Assembly: GCA_051362555.1 (NCBI GenBank)
Contig: CM120644.1
Coordinates: 4,286,954-4,350,953 of the forward strand
Direction of reading: 5' to 3'
Length of the DNA: 64,000 bases
From: Lingula anatina
Taxonomy: Eukaryota > Animalia > Brachiopoda
The translations under genes were made by a program, and so were the position numbers. Within the stretch, counting starts at the first letter, position 1; each line of letters opens with the position of its first letter. The notes below the pieces were generated by a model, which saw nothing but the letters and a program-made list of their open reading frames with translations, searched no databases and was not told the DNA's origin. Positions 53,223 through 64,000 of this stretch are shown here, piece by piece.

Positions 53223-53314
53223 GGCTCCGTAACTCGAAAGCATTGCGAATTGCAACCCAGCGCAAGCGTCTCTATTCCATAGCCTCGAAATAGAAGGTTT
53301 CGAGTTACGGAGCC
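53223..53314. mobile_element. Short Harbinger-type MITE
   Basis: CTG|GGCTCCGTAACTCGAAA ... TTTCGAGTTACGGAGCC|CAG; same family as 56300-56433 and 60735-60881. Confidence 0.75.
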
Positions 53315-53538
53315 CAGATTGCATTTAGCGACAGTCCTCTCGGAGTTAGTGTCCACTGCGACCTGACTCTTTCTGAACGGTTCCTAATAAAGAATTATTT
53401 AGCGTATATACAGGGTCCAATCTATCAGTAACCACATGCCTATCTGTGATCTACCAAAAAGAACGGAGAAAGTATTATTGTAAAATCTCGTCCAGATGCT
53501 GTGATAATATTTGTATAATGTCAAAATAATAATGATAA

Positions 53539-53569
<31 letters not shown>

Positions 53570-55032
53570 ATAGACGGCGTTGTTTATATTATAATCTAAT
53601 TAGAATTATCACAAAGGATTAAGGGAACAAGCTGTGTTTGTTAGATAGACGTGCACAGATTATTGGTTTGGTAAATGAAAGATTTTTAACCATGAAACAA
53701 ATGCTACCGAATTTTTTATTATAATGCTTAAAGGCACATGATGGGCGTTGGTGCTTTACGTAGAATAAATAAATAACTATATTAATTAATTAATTTACTT
53801 AAATCATCTACGTTTACCACATGCAAAACTTTTTACAAGGGTATAATCCAAAAAAACCTTTTTGAGATCTCACTTCCTATTCCTTACCTCTTTTGTAATG
53901 GGTAATTAGTAAATTTAAATTAAATTTAAATTAAAATAAAAATATATATTGTTCTCTATGTAAGCAGGAAATATGAGCTGTAAAAATTGCTTAGTGCTTT
54001 CATCGTTTATCACTTATTTCTTTTATTTATCTTTCAAAGAAAAATCTCTATATTTTTATAAAAGGTTGACCAGTCTGAGATCCATGTATATTAACGTCAA
54101 CCACGTGTGTTACAATGCACTAGTACAAGAAGGTAAAGGTGTTTTTCATTGCTGACACACAAGCTTCATTTGAGAGACAGGGAATCTCCTATATTACCTT
54201 GTAGTTTTCGTTCTAATTAAAACTAGTCACATGGAAAATTATTCAAATCTGTTTGGACGCAGTTTTCAGAAAACCATATTCACACGAATGATTGTTTGAA
54301 GTTTAATAATAGAAATATAAAATAATAATAATAGTAATAATAATAATATTAATAGTAATCCGAGATGCATTTACCTCAAACGTATATCAAGCATACTTCC
54401 GTAGGGTTTCAAGAAGAGTTGGATCGGAAGCCATTGCAGTCTAGTCTAGTCATGAACTAATAAAAGCTGACTCTATTTATCCACGCATAAGTCCCAGGTT
54501 GTTTACTATAACGCATTGTCTTACAGTATTGAACAATACTATGAATCTACCAGGTTTTGCGCGTCACTTTTGTACTGTGCAAAATTGGTTCGGTTGCAAA
54601 ATGTAAGGCGACATTTCTGGTGCATAGAGGGCCACGTGTACCCATATTCATTTACATGCACCCTTATACAGTACTCTCTACCACAGGTCACCTGATAGAC
54701 GACGTCAATTTTATGCAAAAAAGAAAAACATCTCGCTGTGCACATTATATAATCTACAGGTCACAGTAGACCCGTGCGTTACCATGGCAACGGCTCTGAC
54801 ACCCACGCCCACACCAGTTTATCGACAAAGGCAAAAAATAAGCTATCAGAAAAAAATGACTAAAAGTGGTTAGGGGTTTCGTTCAGGGTTCGGTTTTTGG
54901 ACCGTAGCCTACAAATGTAATAAGAATTTACACAGTATAAGCCAAAGGATCATATGATCATATGTGACTATTTAGTGAAATAAATCAGCCAACCTCAAGC
55001 GCGTCAACGTTCTCGCATGTTTTAAAGACCAG

Positions 55033-56296
55033 GGCCTGGTTGCACCAACAGGGCGTAAATTTTCTCGGCTACGACTGTCGTAAACCGCAACGCCTGGCGT
55101 CCGTGCACCAGGTTTACTCTCCCTGCTTACGCCCGTTGCACCAAGACAAAAACTGATCGTCGCAACTACATTGTACGCCCGAGTAACGCTCCGCTGCGTC
55201 ACTGGCCAACAATACGTGGATGGTATAATTGGGCAAATGAGGAGTTCTCAGCTGCAGTCATAATGGAATGATGACATAAATAAACACAAAAGGAGCATTT
55301 CAGTGACGGAGAAATTCATGGGCTCAATTATTCCATTTTGATTTAGAAATAAGGACGTTAAAATACGCCAACTTTGCTGTTGCCTTGGATATATAGCAAT
55401 AAAATCGTAAATATATTCCGAATCAAAATATTATTATAGTGTGCTATGTATTCTATTATAGTATGCTGTTGTAAATGAGAAAAACACGTTGGAGGCAGTA
55501 CGTATTTCTATTAATGGATTTGAACACCTTCACATTTGTAATCGAAACTACTGAGTCTGAAAATAATGCAAAAAAAGCCTGCATTGCTTTCTTTTTATAA
55601 TTTTACAACAGTGCCGACAATTTCATGACCTTTTTTATCTATGGTTACACCGTGAGGTATCATTTAATTCAATCGATCTTACATCTTGGAGATTGAGAAA
55701 TACAAGAGACCTAATACATATTATATGAGCCTTAAAATGTTGATATTTTAAGCTTTCGTCTCTATGTTTATATACAGTAAAATATGAATGATATAAAATG
55801 TGAATAAAAAATGACTATGGTTAGTTATGGTTTGTCAAAAATTGTGAAAAGGATTAAAGAAACCGTACTGCTGAGAGTCAAGGCGTGTCGACATGAGTGG
55901 TAAGATTTAATTTGAACACATGCATATACATGTACATGGCTACACACATAATGTATTTAATAATCACTTATATACATAATTAGTTTTTTAAAAAACAAGC
56001 TATGCAAACGGAATATTTGTGTAAGAAACAGACAAATAACAATCCACATAATCTACGTTAACTACGATAATTGTCATCAAACTCTCTCTGTGCCAGCCTA
56101 GCCATAGTGGAAAACGAGCTACGACCGACTTACTCCACCTAGCTAGCAGGCGTAAATTTACGACAAAGTGAAGACCGACGTAAACACTATGCCAGTTTGG
56201 TGCAACTAGCTTTTTTCTCGGGCGTAGCATTTTGCGCCCGGTTTACGCCGGCGCAACTGCTACGCCTCACTTACGACCGGTTGTTGCAACCGGGCC
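55033..56296. mobile_element. Non-autonomous PIF/Harbinger element
   Basis: TIR GGCCTGGTTGCACCAACAGGGCGTAA / TTACGACCGGTTGTTGCAACCGGGCC; flanks CAG and CTG (CWG). Confidence 0.8.
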
Positions 56297-56299
56297 CTG

Positions 56300-56433
56300 G
56301 GCCCCGTAACTCGAAAGTATCCCGCATTGCGACCGAGCGCAAGCGTCTCGCCCATACTCGTCCTGTATAATACATTGTAGCCTCTATGTGATATCGCTAT
56401 TCGCAATACGCGATGCTTTCGAGTCACGGGGCC
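56300..56433. mobile_element. Short Harbinger-type MITE
   Basis: CTG|GGCCCCGTAACTCGAAAG ... CTTTCGAGTCACGGGGCC|CTG. Confidence 0.8.
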
Positions 56434-57179
56434 CTGTATGACACCACACAGGGGCGTCAACTTCCCTTCAGATTATCACTTCTTCAAATTCGGCTTGCTT
56501 AGCACATCCCCTCAGGTAAAATATACAATGAGTTAGACGTTCATGGCCACCTTCCGTGACGACCATTGCCCACGGCTACTTCCGCCATTATAAAATATAG
56601 CATCATTGTTTCTCGTGGTAAAACAGCTTTTCAACCCTTTTCTCCAAGACAAAATTTGACTATATATCAAAAGTATAATTTGAAAGATATGTATAGCTAC
56701 ATGGAATCTTGTCACAAATTTAAGATTTAAATAAATTAAGTGAAATATCTGGAATTATACATGTGCGGCATGCAAAGGTCAGACAGTGACCGCAGTGATG
56801 GGCAACCGCATGCAGGGCAACCCAAAATATACAGTATGTGGCAAAAAAATAAATAAATAAATAAAAAAGTATAGACGAATTGGAAAATCATACCAATAAT
56901 TGACGGGAAATAATTGTCGAAATAGGTCGTCGGTATTTTCAAAAAGGTATTTTAGATAGAATTTCATTTTCAAACCCTATCACCATATATACGCTTTAGC
57001 ACGTTTCCGAATTTTGAGACGTTTATCCATATAACAAATCTAAACGAAATATTTCCAAAAATCGCTTATTTGCAAAACGATTATTTTCGCAATAAAAAAA
57101 CCCCGTTGTGACGCACCATGTTAGTTATTGCCTACCCGTTCCTTAAATATTTCATTTCCCCTGCTTGGGTGTACTGTAT

Positions 57180-57447
57180 CACTGGGTTCCTAAATCAATC
57201 TAACAGGGTCGATCCATCACAAAGGTTTTTTTTTCGCAAAATTGCTTTAAGCTTAATCGGCTTAGATGTCTGGCACGCCTACTGAAGATAACGATAATTT
57301 TAATTGGGGAGTAATTAAAATTGCCCCCTAGCATCTTCATTAAGCTTGACAGACATCTAAGCCGCTTACGTTGATTGCAATTTAGCGAGAATCCCCTTCC
57401 AGATAAATCGATCCACAGTTAGTACGGTAGGGTCTGGAAATGGTCCC
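57180..57447. mobile_element. Palindromic insertion at the 3' end of GT31 copy A
   Basis: Absent from copy B; flanked by TAT on both sides; internal inverted repeat CGGCTTAGATGTCTG / CAGACATCTAAGCCG. Confidence 0.7.
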
Positions 57448-58526
57448 TATGATTTTACGTGACACGCTTCCTCTTTAGTTAAAGTGCCGTTCAGGACCGC
57501 CCACAACACACTCGTGGGTGCACGGTGAACAGCAAACGACTTCATAAACCTGCACTTGCTGGTTAAAATGGTGCGATAATGTTTCGCGGGAGAAAACCAA
57601 AAGTTAACATTGTGTTTAAGTTTGATACCATTTGCGTGGGCTATATGTCCCATATACACGTCTTCTATGAACAGGTGTTGAGTGAGAGACGCAGAGTTAA
57701 TGACACGTATCACATCAAAAGAAAAAAGCGTCGCAAATCCTGAAATAAAATCAGGATAGTTGCTCCAGGGGTATTGTTCGGGTGACTGATAATACTTGTT
57801 TTTTGGGTCCCTTTGTGGAGCGTGTTTGTCTGAGAGTATGTACCCCTCCAAAAGCGACGACTGGGAGTCTTTGGGAAGACTCGTGAGATAATCCATGATT
57901 TCCCGGATGTTGGTAGTTACATCATGTCCGTTTCTCAGGACGAACTTTGCGTTCCCGCAGAAATCAACGGCCCAGCGAAAAGCAAGTAAAGTCTTAAGCG
58001 TGTAATTTTTATAAGAATCGACGAGACCTATTATAATGCTGTCCTTATAATTAAATCCTTCAGTTACAGCATTTTCATCCACTATTTTGTTACCGGTTTT
58101 CCCAAGAAAAAAGATGGTTTTGATTCGTCTGCCAAGATACTGCTTCCAACTACCGCAAGTTTTGCGATAAGCAGCTCTCGTTTTCACATCTCGCGGGTTC
58201 GAGATGACCAAAACTAGCAGATATGGGTCGTCTGCCGCAGTGCATTCTTGGTTTACTACGTATCTGTATTTCTTCAAGTGGTACCAGTATTCTGGCGCCA
58301 TTTTCGCCGAGCACACATCCAGCGGGACTTTACAATGGGTGTTCATGGCGGTATGATTAGGCGTGGAGCCAGCTGTTATATATCTCATAGTATTCTCAAT
58401 CTGAAAACTCCTTGTTTTAACACGGCTCCTCTGATATGCTATTCTATTATATTGATACCAAAGTGTGGCGATCCCCCAAATTACAACAAAACAGGCTACC
58501 GTACCTACTATCCTCCGTGCAATCAT
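57447..58526 (-). CDS. GT31 family beta-1,3-galactosyltransferase-like type II membrane protein, copy A
   Basis: 359 aa uninterrupted ORF; N-terminal TM anchor; GT31 motifs LLVLVIS, RxAxRKT, FFLG, DSYKNYTLKT, RDPKNKYY, EDVYMG; DxD position reads RNGHD. Confidence 0.88.
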   Translation of the reverse strand: MIARRIVGTVACFVVIWGIATLWYQYNRIAYQRSRVKTRSFQIENTMRYITAGSTPNHTAMNTHCKVPLDVCSAKMAPEYWYHLKKYRYVVNQECTAADDPYLLVLVISNPRDVKTRAAYRKTCGSWKQYLGRRIKTIFFLGKTGNKIVDENAVTEGFNYKDSIIIGLVDSYKNYTLKTLLAFRWAVDFCGNAKFVLRNGHDVTTNIREIMDYLTSLPKDSQSSLLEGYILSDKHAPQRDPKNKYYQSPEQYPWSNYPDFISGFATLFSFDVIRVINSASLTQHLFIEDVYMGHIAHANGIKLKHNVNFWFSPAKHYRTILTSKCRFMKSFAVHRAPTSVLWAVLNGTLTKEEACHVKS

Positions 58527-58772
58527 GGTTTCACGCTACTGGTATAAATGGGCCCGTGCGCTCAGATATAAAATGTCTTTCTTGAGAGGAACTAATTGTC
58601 TATATTTATCTTCTTAAACTCATGCCAAGTCGCGTCCTAATTCACATCGATTGTCTCTTTGTGCCTTGCCTACGGATTGTGAAAATGATTTACCCTGAAA
58701 TACCCGGTATTGCAGAGTGGTCGGAGACAGCAGATTTGTCGCAAATTTGTCGCTGTTTATCCGGCAACCTCT

Positions 58773-59287
58773 TAGACCGCATTCACAACGAGTTGAGCCA
58801 GGCTTTACAAATCCCGGGGACTAAATATGGCGGAAGTACATGAAAGAAAAACCGCCTAATCTTTTAATAGTCTCTCCGTCTCTCACACGCCTCCTCACAC
58901 GTCGTCCCTACGGGTCATTAAATCTCGGCTCCGCTCTCTGGTGATATTATCTCAGTAGATAGTCGATTCATTGCTGCTCTACGGGCCAATTCATTCCTTT
59001 TTCGTCTCTGTTTTGAAAGATAATAGAACAGAAGAGCTTTTTTCCTTCGATCGCCTCCAGCCGCCATGCTTTCTTCACCGCGAGTTTAATTGATGAGCAT
59101 GCGCACTTAATATTTCTCAGGTAGCTTCTGCACGACGAACGGAGCCGAGATTTAACGACGTGTGGGGAGGCGTGTGAGAGGCGGAGAGACTATTAAAAGA
59201 TTAGGCGGTTTTTCTTTCATGTACGTCCGCCATATTTCGTCCCCAGGATTTGTAAAGCCTGGCTCAACTCGTTGTGAATGCGGTCTA
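58773..59287. mobile_element. MITE with long near-perfect terminal inverted repeats
   Basis: TAGACCGCATTCACAACGAGTTGAGCCAGGCTTTACAAATCC... mirrored at right for over 130 bp with few mismatches. Confidence 0.85.
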
Positions 59288-59574
59288 TAAGTCACATCTC
59301 TCATATCACTCCAAGATTAATGACAGTACCACCCTTGCCCGCGGTCGGCAAAAGACATCATTTTTTTTAATTGTCGTGAACATCCATATTGTTTGATTTA
59401 TGTGCTGAGATTTAGTGTGACGGCAGACAGGGGGGCATGGAATTATATATACCGTGTATATAGAGATGTTTATCAGTACTATTTGCATATATTTAAAGTG
59501 CTTACACTTATAATTATTCTGACATTTTTAACAGCATATGTTAGAAACTCGTTCTCGTATGTTTTGAAGACCTG

Positions 59575-60731
59575 GGGCCAATTCCATAAAAGCATTCTAA
59601 CTTAGCATGATACTAGGCCTTAGAATGATTCTAAATTTCTAGTTGTATACTTGTTAGCAATCAACTAATTTCTATTCCATAAAACCAAACTAAGAATCAT
59701 TCTAACTAGTTGCTTGCTAAGATTTGGCTAGAATGGTGTATTCATAGGAAAACCACAAAACCACAGGGTCAGTTACGCCAAACAAAAGGCAGTGACAGTG
59801 AAAGTTGAGCTGATTGCAGGCTGAGGGAAGTACTGGTCAAGGCATTACCATGTATTCTGTAAAAGCCCTATACAGAAAGGGGACAAAATGGCAACTTCAG
59901 GGAAGAGACAACGAAAGCCCAATTATTCAACACAAGAAAATCTCTTTATTGTGTTATTTATTTATTATTTATTTTGTGGTCACAGATAACTTGCACATTG
60001 ATTGAACGATATCCTTTTCTGTTCACATATAGTCAGCTTCGTAACAGTGAGGGGTGTTAATCCAAATGTGAGTACCATCAACACAACCTATCACACCTGG
60101 GAAGTGTATGTTTCTCCTATAGAACCCATCTTTGATGTTGGCCATATTTTGTGCATTTGGAAATTCCACATAATCCCCAATCCTTGCTGCAAGAGCATTT
60201 GATACATGATGAATTGCACGCCAAGCGGTTTGCTGGGACACTTGCATAGGGTCCCCAACAACATATTGGAATGTGCCTGTTGCATAGTATTGCAGGGCTA
60301 TCATTACCTGCTGGCATGGTAATAAGGCATGATTTCTCCTGGCTGGATGAATAATGTCATTTTTGACAATGTCAGTTATCAGCAAAATGCCTTCTCTGGA
60401 AAATCGGTATCTTTTTACAAGTTCCACATCATCAAAAATGTCCAACGGATTCCTTCTATCCCGAAACACTCGTTCCCGCCGCATTGCTCTGCGGAGTTCC
60501 ACTATTTCTAAAATTCTCCTGGCCATCCTTACACCTCGGAGGTGCGGGTAGAAATGAATTAGAATGATACTAGTGATTTAGAAGAGACCCAGACCTACTC
60601 TAACTTTAGCATGAAACTTAGAACTATACTAGGCTTAGAATGGTTTTATGGAATAGAGTGAGTAGGTAACTAGAGATAGAATGAAGTTTAGCAACCAACT
60701 AGGGCTTAGAATGGTTTTATGGAATTGGCCC
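59575..60731. mobile_element. Internally deleted Harbinger transposon
   Basis: CTG|GGGCCAATTCCATAAAA ... TTTTATGGAATTGGCCC|CTG; contains transposase 5' half on minus strand and start of a Myb/SANT-like ORF (MATSGKRQRKPNYSTQE at 59888) on plus strand. Confidence 0.92.
60023..60526 (-). pseudogene. Harbinger (HARBI1-like) transposase, N-terminal fragment
   Basis: RYRFSRE, ALQYYATG, FPGVIGCVDGTHI (first catalytic Asp); truncated before the rest of the DDE domain. Confidence 0.9.
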
Positions 60732-60734
60732 CTG

Positions 60735-60881
60735 GGCCCCGAAACTCGAAAGCATCGCGCATTGCGACCGAGCGCAAGCGTCTCGATTCCATAACTCGCC
60801 CATACTCGTCCCATGTAATACATTGTAGCCTCTATGTGATATCGCTATTCGCAATTGGCGACGCTTTCGAGTTTCGGGGCC
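60735..60881. mobile_element. Short Harbinger-type MITE (paralog of 56300-56433)
   Basis: GGCCCCGAAACTCGAAAGC ... GCTTTCGAGTTTCGGGGCC. Confidence 0.8.
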
Positions 60882-61512
60882 CTTTATGACATCACACAGC
60901 GGAGTCAACTTCCCTTCAGATAATCACTATTTCAAATTCGGCTTGCTTAGCACATCCCCTCTGGTAAAAGGTACAATGAGATAATGTGTAGAGGTATATA
61001 ACTCAGACATTATTATATAAAATATATGGACGATAACGGCACGTGAGTTAGAAGTTTGTGGCCCCCTTTCGTGACGATCATTGCCCAGGGCGACTCCAGC
61101 CAATATAAAATATAGCATCAGTGTTTCACGTGGTAACCCACAGCTATTGAACCCTCTTCTCCAAGATGAATCATGACTTTATATCAAAAGTATACTTTGA
61201 AAGTTATGTATAGCTATATGGAATCTTGTCACAAACTTTGTAAATAAAAATATTTTGAGATTAAAATGAATTAAATGAAATATTTGGAATTATTCATGTG
61301 CGTCATGTGAAGGTCAGACCATAACCGCAATGATTTACAAGCTTCAAGATACATGCAGGTCAGCCGAAAATATTTGTGTCCAAAAAGTAAAAAGTATCGA
61401 TGAACTGTAAAATTATCACAATTACTGGTGGGAAATACTCGTCGAAATTGATCGACGGTATTTCCAAAGGTATTTTATATAGAATTATATTTTCAAACCC
61501 TTTCACCATATA

Positions 61513-62510
61513 AACTGGGGGGGGGTGACAAAAGTATTGCAATATTTTTCTTTAATGGGAACGGGTGGATTTGTTAGTTTTTTCAATTGTTATTTTATTG
61601 AAAATTGATTGTGTCAAGTGAATATCTTTATTTTAGGTTTACAGAACAGTGCATTGCCCTTACATAACACATGCTATTATGTCAGAATTAATATTTTGTA
61701 GGACAGCCACGTGATTTCAATATGGCCACTATCCTTCTGGGCATAGACATGATTGAAGTGGACTGTCTTGTGAGGAAATGCACATTTCCTGGCAGATGAC
61801 AAGTGGATGATGTTCTCCATACCCTCACTTGTCCACCCACGTTGTTAATTGTGAATATGGACTTGTCAGAAAAAAAAACAAAATGGCGCCAATTCTGACC
61901 CACTGCCCAGGCAATGGTTCTTGCAGCCGATGTCACTCTTCTGTGTCTATTTACCAAGGTGATGAGTGGATGCCTCCTGGCAACCCTGCTGTGAATACCT
62001 GAAGCATGGAGCCTTCTTCGTACATTTCTTTTGCTAACCTCGAGCTGCAAACTGCGCGAGCAGTGCAACGCTAATTTCCTGCACGCTCAAACCTCCTAAG
62101 TCTTGACAGCATAAAAAGACGCCTGTCGTCTCTGGCATTAGTATTCCTTAAGCGGCCACTTCGGTGTAACTTATGGGCATCACCTGTGTCCACAATCCTT
62201 CTGCAAACCTATACACAGTCTTACGAGATACACCATATCTGGCAGCTATCTGGGTAACATTGATACCCTCCTCCCTCTGAGAAACAATTTCATTTCTTTC
62301 TTCATTTGTGAGCTCCCGTACCTTCACCATGGTGGCAATGTGACAGCTAGAAGGACCTTTTACCCTCGGAGGCACCTTTTATAGTACACATGGGTGAAAA
62401 TCCATCACAGTTAAAGCGAGCAATAAACCAAAAAAAAAAAAAAACATTAATCTAACGGGTCCCCCATGTCACTTAGAGCACTATGTTGCGATACTTCTGT
62501 CACCCCTCTG
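61513..62510 (-). mobile_element. Defective Tc1 transposon
   Basis: TIR GGGGTGACAAAAGTATTGCAA / TTGCGATACTTCTGTCACCCC; HTH (IAARYGVSRKTVYR), VRRRLH, FSDKS and C-terminal SMPRRIVAILKSRGCPTKY; frameshifted and internally deleted; paralogous empty TA site near 56985-56992. Confidence 0.9.
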
Positions 62511-62666
62511 AACGCATTTGCACGTGTCCGCATTTCGAGACGTTTATCCGTAAACGAAATATTTCCAACAATCACTTATGTGCAAGACGTTTATTTTCGC
62601 AGTAATAAAAAATACCCATAGTGCCACGTCCATGTAACTTATTGCTCACCTGCGCCTTAGATATTT

Positions 62667-63770
62667 TCATTTCCCCTGCTTGGGTGTACTGTATGATTTT
62701 ACGTTACACGCTTCCTCTTTAGTCAAAGTGCCGTTCAGGACCGCCCACAATACGCTCGTGGGTGCACGGTGAACAGCGAACGACCTCATGAACCTGCACT
62801 TGCTTCTTAAAATGTTGCGATAATGTGTCGCGGGGGAAAACCAAAAGTTAACATTGTGTTTAAGTTTGATACCATTCGCGCGGGCTATATGCCCCATGTA
62901 CACGTCTTCTATGAACAGATGTTGAGTGAGAGACGCAGAGTTAATGACACGTACCACATCAAAAGAAAAAAGCGTCGCAAATCCTGAAACAAAATCAGGA
63001 AAGTTGCTCCAGGGGTATTGTTCGGGTGACTGATAATACTTGTTTTTTGGGTCCCTTTGTGGAGCGTGTTTGTCTGAGAGTATGTACCCTTCCAAAAGCG
63101 ACGACTGGGAGTCTTTGGGAAGACTCGTGAGATAATCCATGATTTCCCGGATGTTGGTAGTTACATCATGTCCGTTTCTCAGGACGAACTTTGCGTTCCC
63201 GCAGAGTTCAACGGCCCAGCGAAAAGCAAGTAAAGTCTTAAGCGTGTAATTTTTATAAGAATCGACGAAATCGATTATAACGGTGTCCTTATAATGTAAT
63301 CCTTCAGCTACGGCATCTTCATCTACTGTTTTGTAGCCGGTTTTCCCAAGAAAAAAGATGGTTTTGATTCGTCTGCCAAGATACTGCTTCCAACTACCGC
63401 AAGTTTTGCGATAAGCAGCTCTCGTTTTCACATCTTGCGGGTTCGAGATGACCAAAACTAGCAGATATGGGTCGTCTGCCGCAGTGCATTCTTGGTTTAC
63501 TACGTATCTGTATTTCTTCAAGTGGTACCAGTATTCTGGCGCCATTTTCGCCGAGCACACATCCAGCGGGACTTTACAGTGGGTGTCCAAGGCCGTATGA
63601 TTAGGCGTGGGGCCATCTGTTATATATCTCATAGTATTCTCAATCTGAAAACTCCTTGTTTTAACACGGCTCCTCTGATATGCTATTCTATTATACTGAT
63701 ACCAAAGTGCGGCGAATCCCCAAATTACAACAAAATAGGCTACCGCGCCTACTATCCTCCGTGCAGTCAT
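62667..63770 (-). CDS. GT31 family beta-1,3-galactosyltransferase-like type II membrane protein, copy B
   Basis: 367 aa uninterrupted ORF, highly similar to copy A, same motifs, same RNGHD; longer C-terminus YSTPKQGK. Confidence 0.88.
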   Translation of the reverse strand: MTARRIVGAVAYFVVIWGFAALWYQYNRIAYQRSRVKTRSFQIENTMRYITDGPTPNHTALDTHCKVPLDVCSAKMAPEYWYHLKKYRYVVNQECTAADDPYLLVLVISNPQDVKTRAAYRKTCGSWKQYLGRRIKTIFFLGKTGYKTVDEDAVAEGLHYKDTVIIDFVDSYKNYTLKTLLAFRWAVELCGNAKFVLRNGHDVTTNIREIMDYLTSLPKDSQSSLLEGYILSDKHAPQRDPKNKYYQSPEQYPWSNFPDFVSGFATLFSFDVVRVINSASLTQHLFIEDVYMGHIARANGIKLKHNVNFWFSPATHYRNILRSKCRFMRSFAVHRAPTSVLWAVLNGTLTKEEACNVKSYSTPKQGK

Positions 63771-64000
63771 GGTTTCACACTATAAATGGGCCTGAGCACT
63801 AAGATATAAAATGTCTTTCTTGAGAGGAACTAATTGTTTATAAATAGATAAATTTGTGCCAGGTCGTGTCCAAATTCACATCGATTGTCTCTATGAGCCT
63901 TGCCAACGGATTGTGAAAATGATTTACCCTGAAATACACGGTATTGCAGATCGGTCGGAGACAACAGATTTGTTATCTCCCAGATATAGTACGTCCGGTG

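Larger units (their letters stand above)
52600..58740. repeat. Segmental duplication containing the GT31 gene; second unit about 59460-63975
   Basis: Collinear matches 52613-52694/59472-59550, 56300-57180/60735-62693 (apart from insertions) and the two ORFs with their 5' flanks. Confidence 0.85.

Noticed and set aside
45596-57447. Functional link between the EF-hand array and the GT31 genes
   Set aside because: Adjacency alone in an animal genome is not evidence; opposite strands, about 12 kb apart, different predicted compartments.

Overview
AT-rich, intron-containing animal (invertebrate-like) genomic DNA; the taxon cannot be fixed from sequence alone. The left 46 kb holds a tandem array of seven same-strand, three-exon genes for EF-hand proteins of the sarcoplasmic calcium-binding protein (SCP)/aequorin/Renilla luciferin-binding protein superfamily (EF1, EF3 and EF4 intact, EF2 degenerate). 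The ORF track splits them into fragments. Each copy has an upstream exon ending ..(R/S)FKK|GTAAGT that splices in phase 0 onto the EF-hand domain and encodes a 62-85 aa basic, acid-poor leader resembling a mitochondrial presequence. Copy 2 is a chimera of two paralog types. The right part holds one tRNA-Ser(GCT) and a tandem duplication of a GT31 (beta-1,3-galactosyltransferase-like) gene whose DxD motif is replaced by GHD in both copies. Spacers are full of TE relics: Harbinger/PIF elements and MITEs, Tc1, CACTA-like, hAT MITEs and a Gypsy-like LTR remnant. Coordinates were counted by hand and family comparisons are from memory, not from searches.
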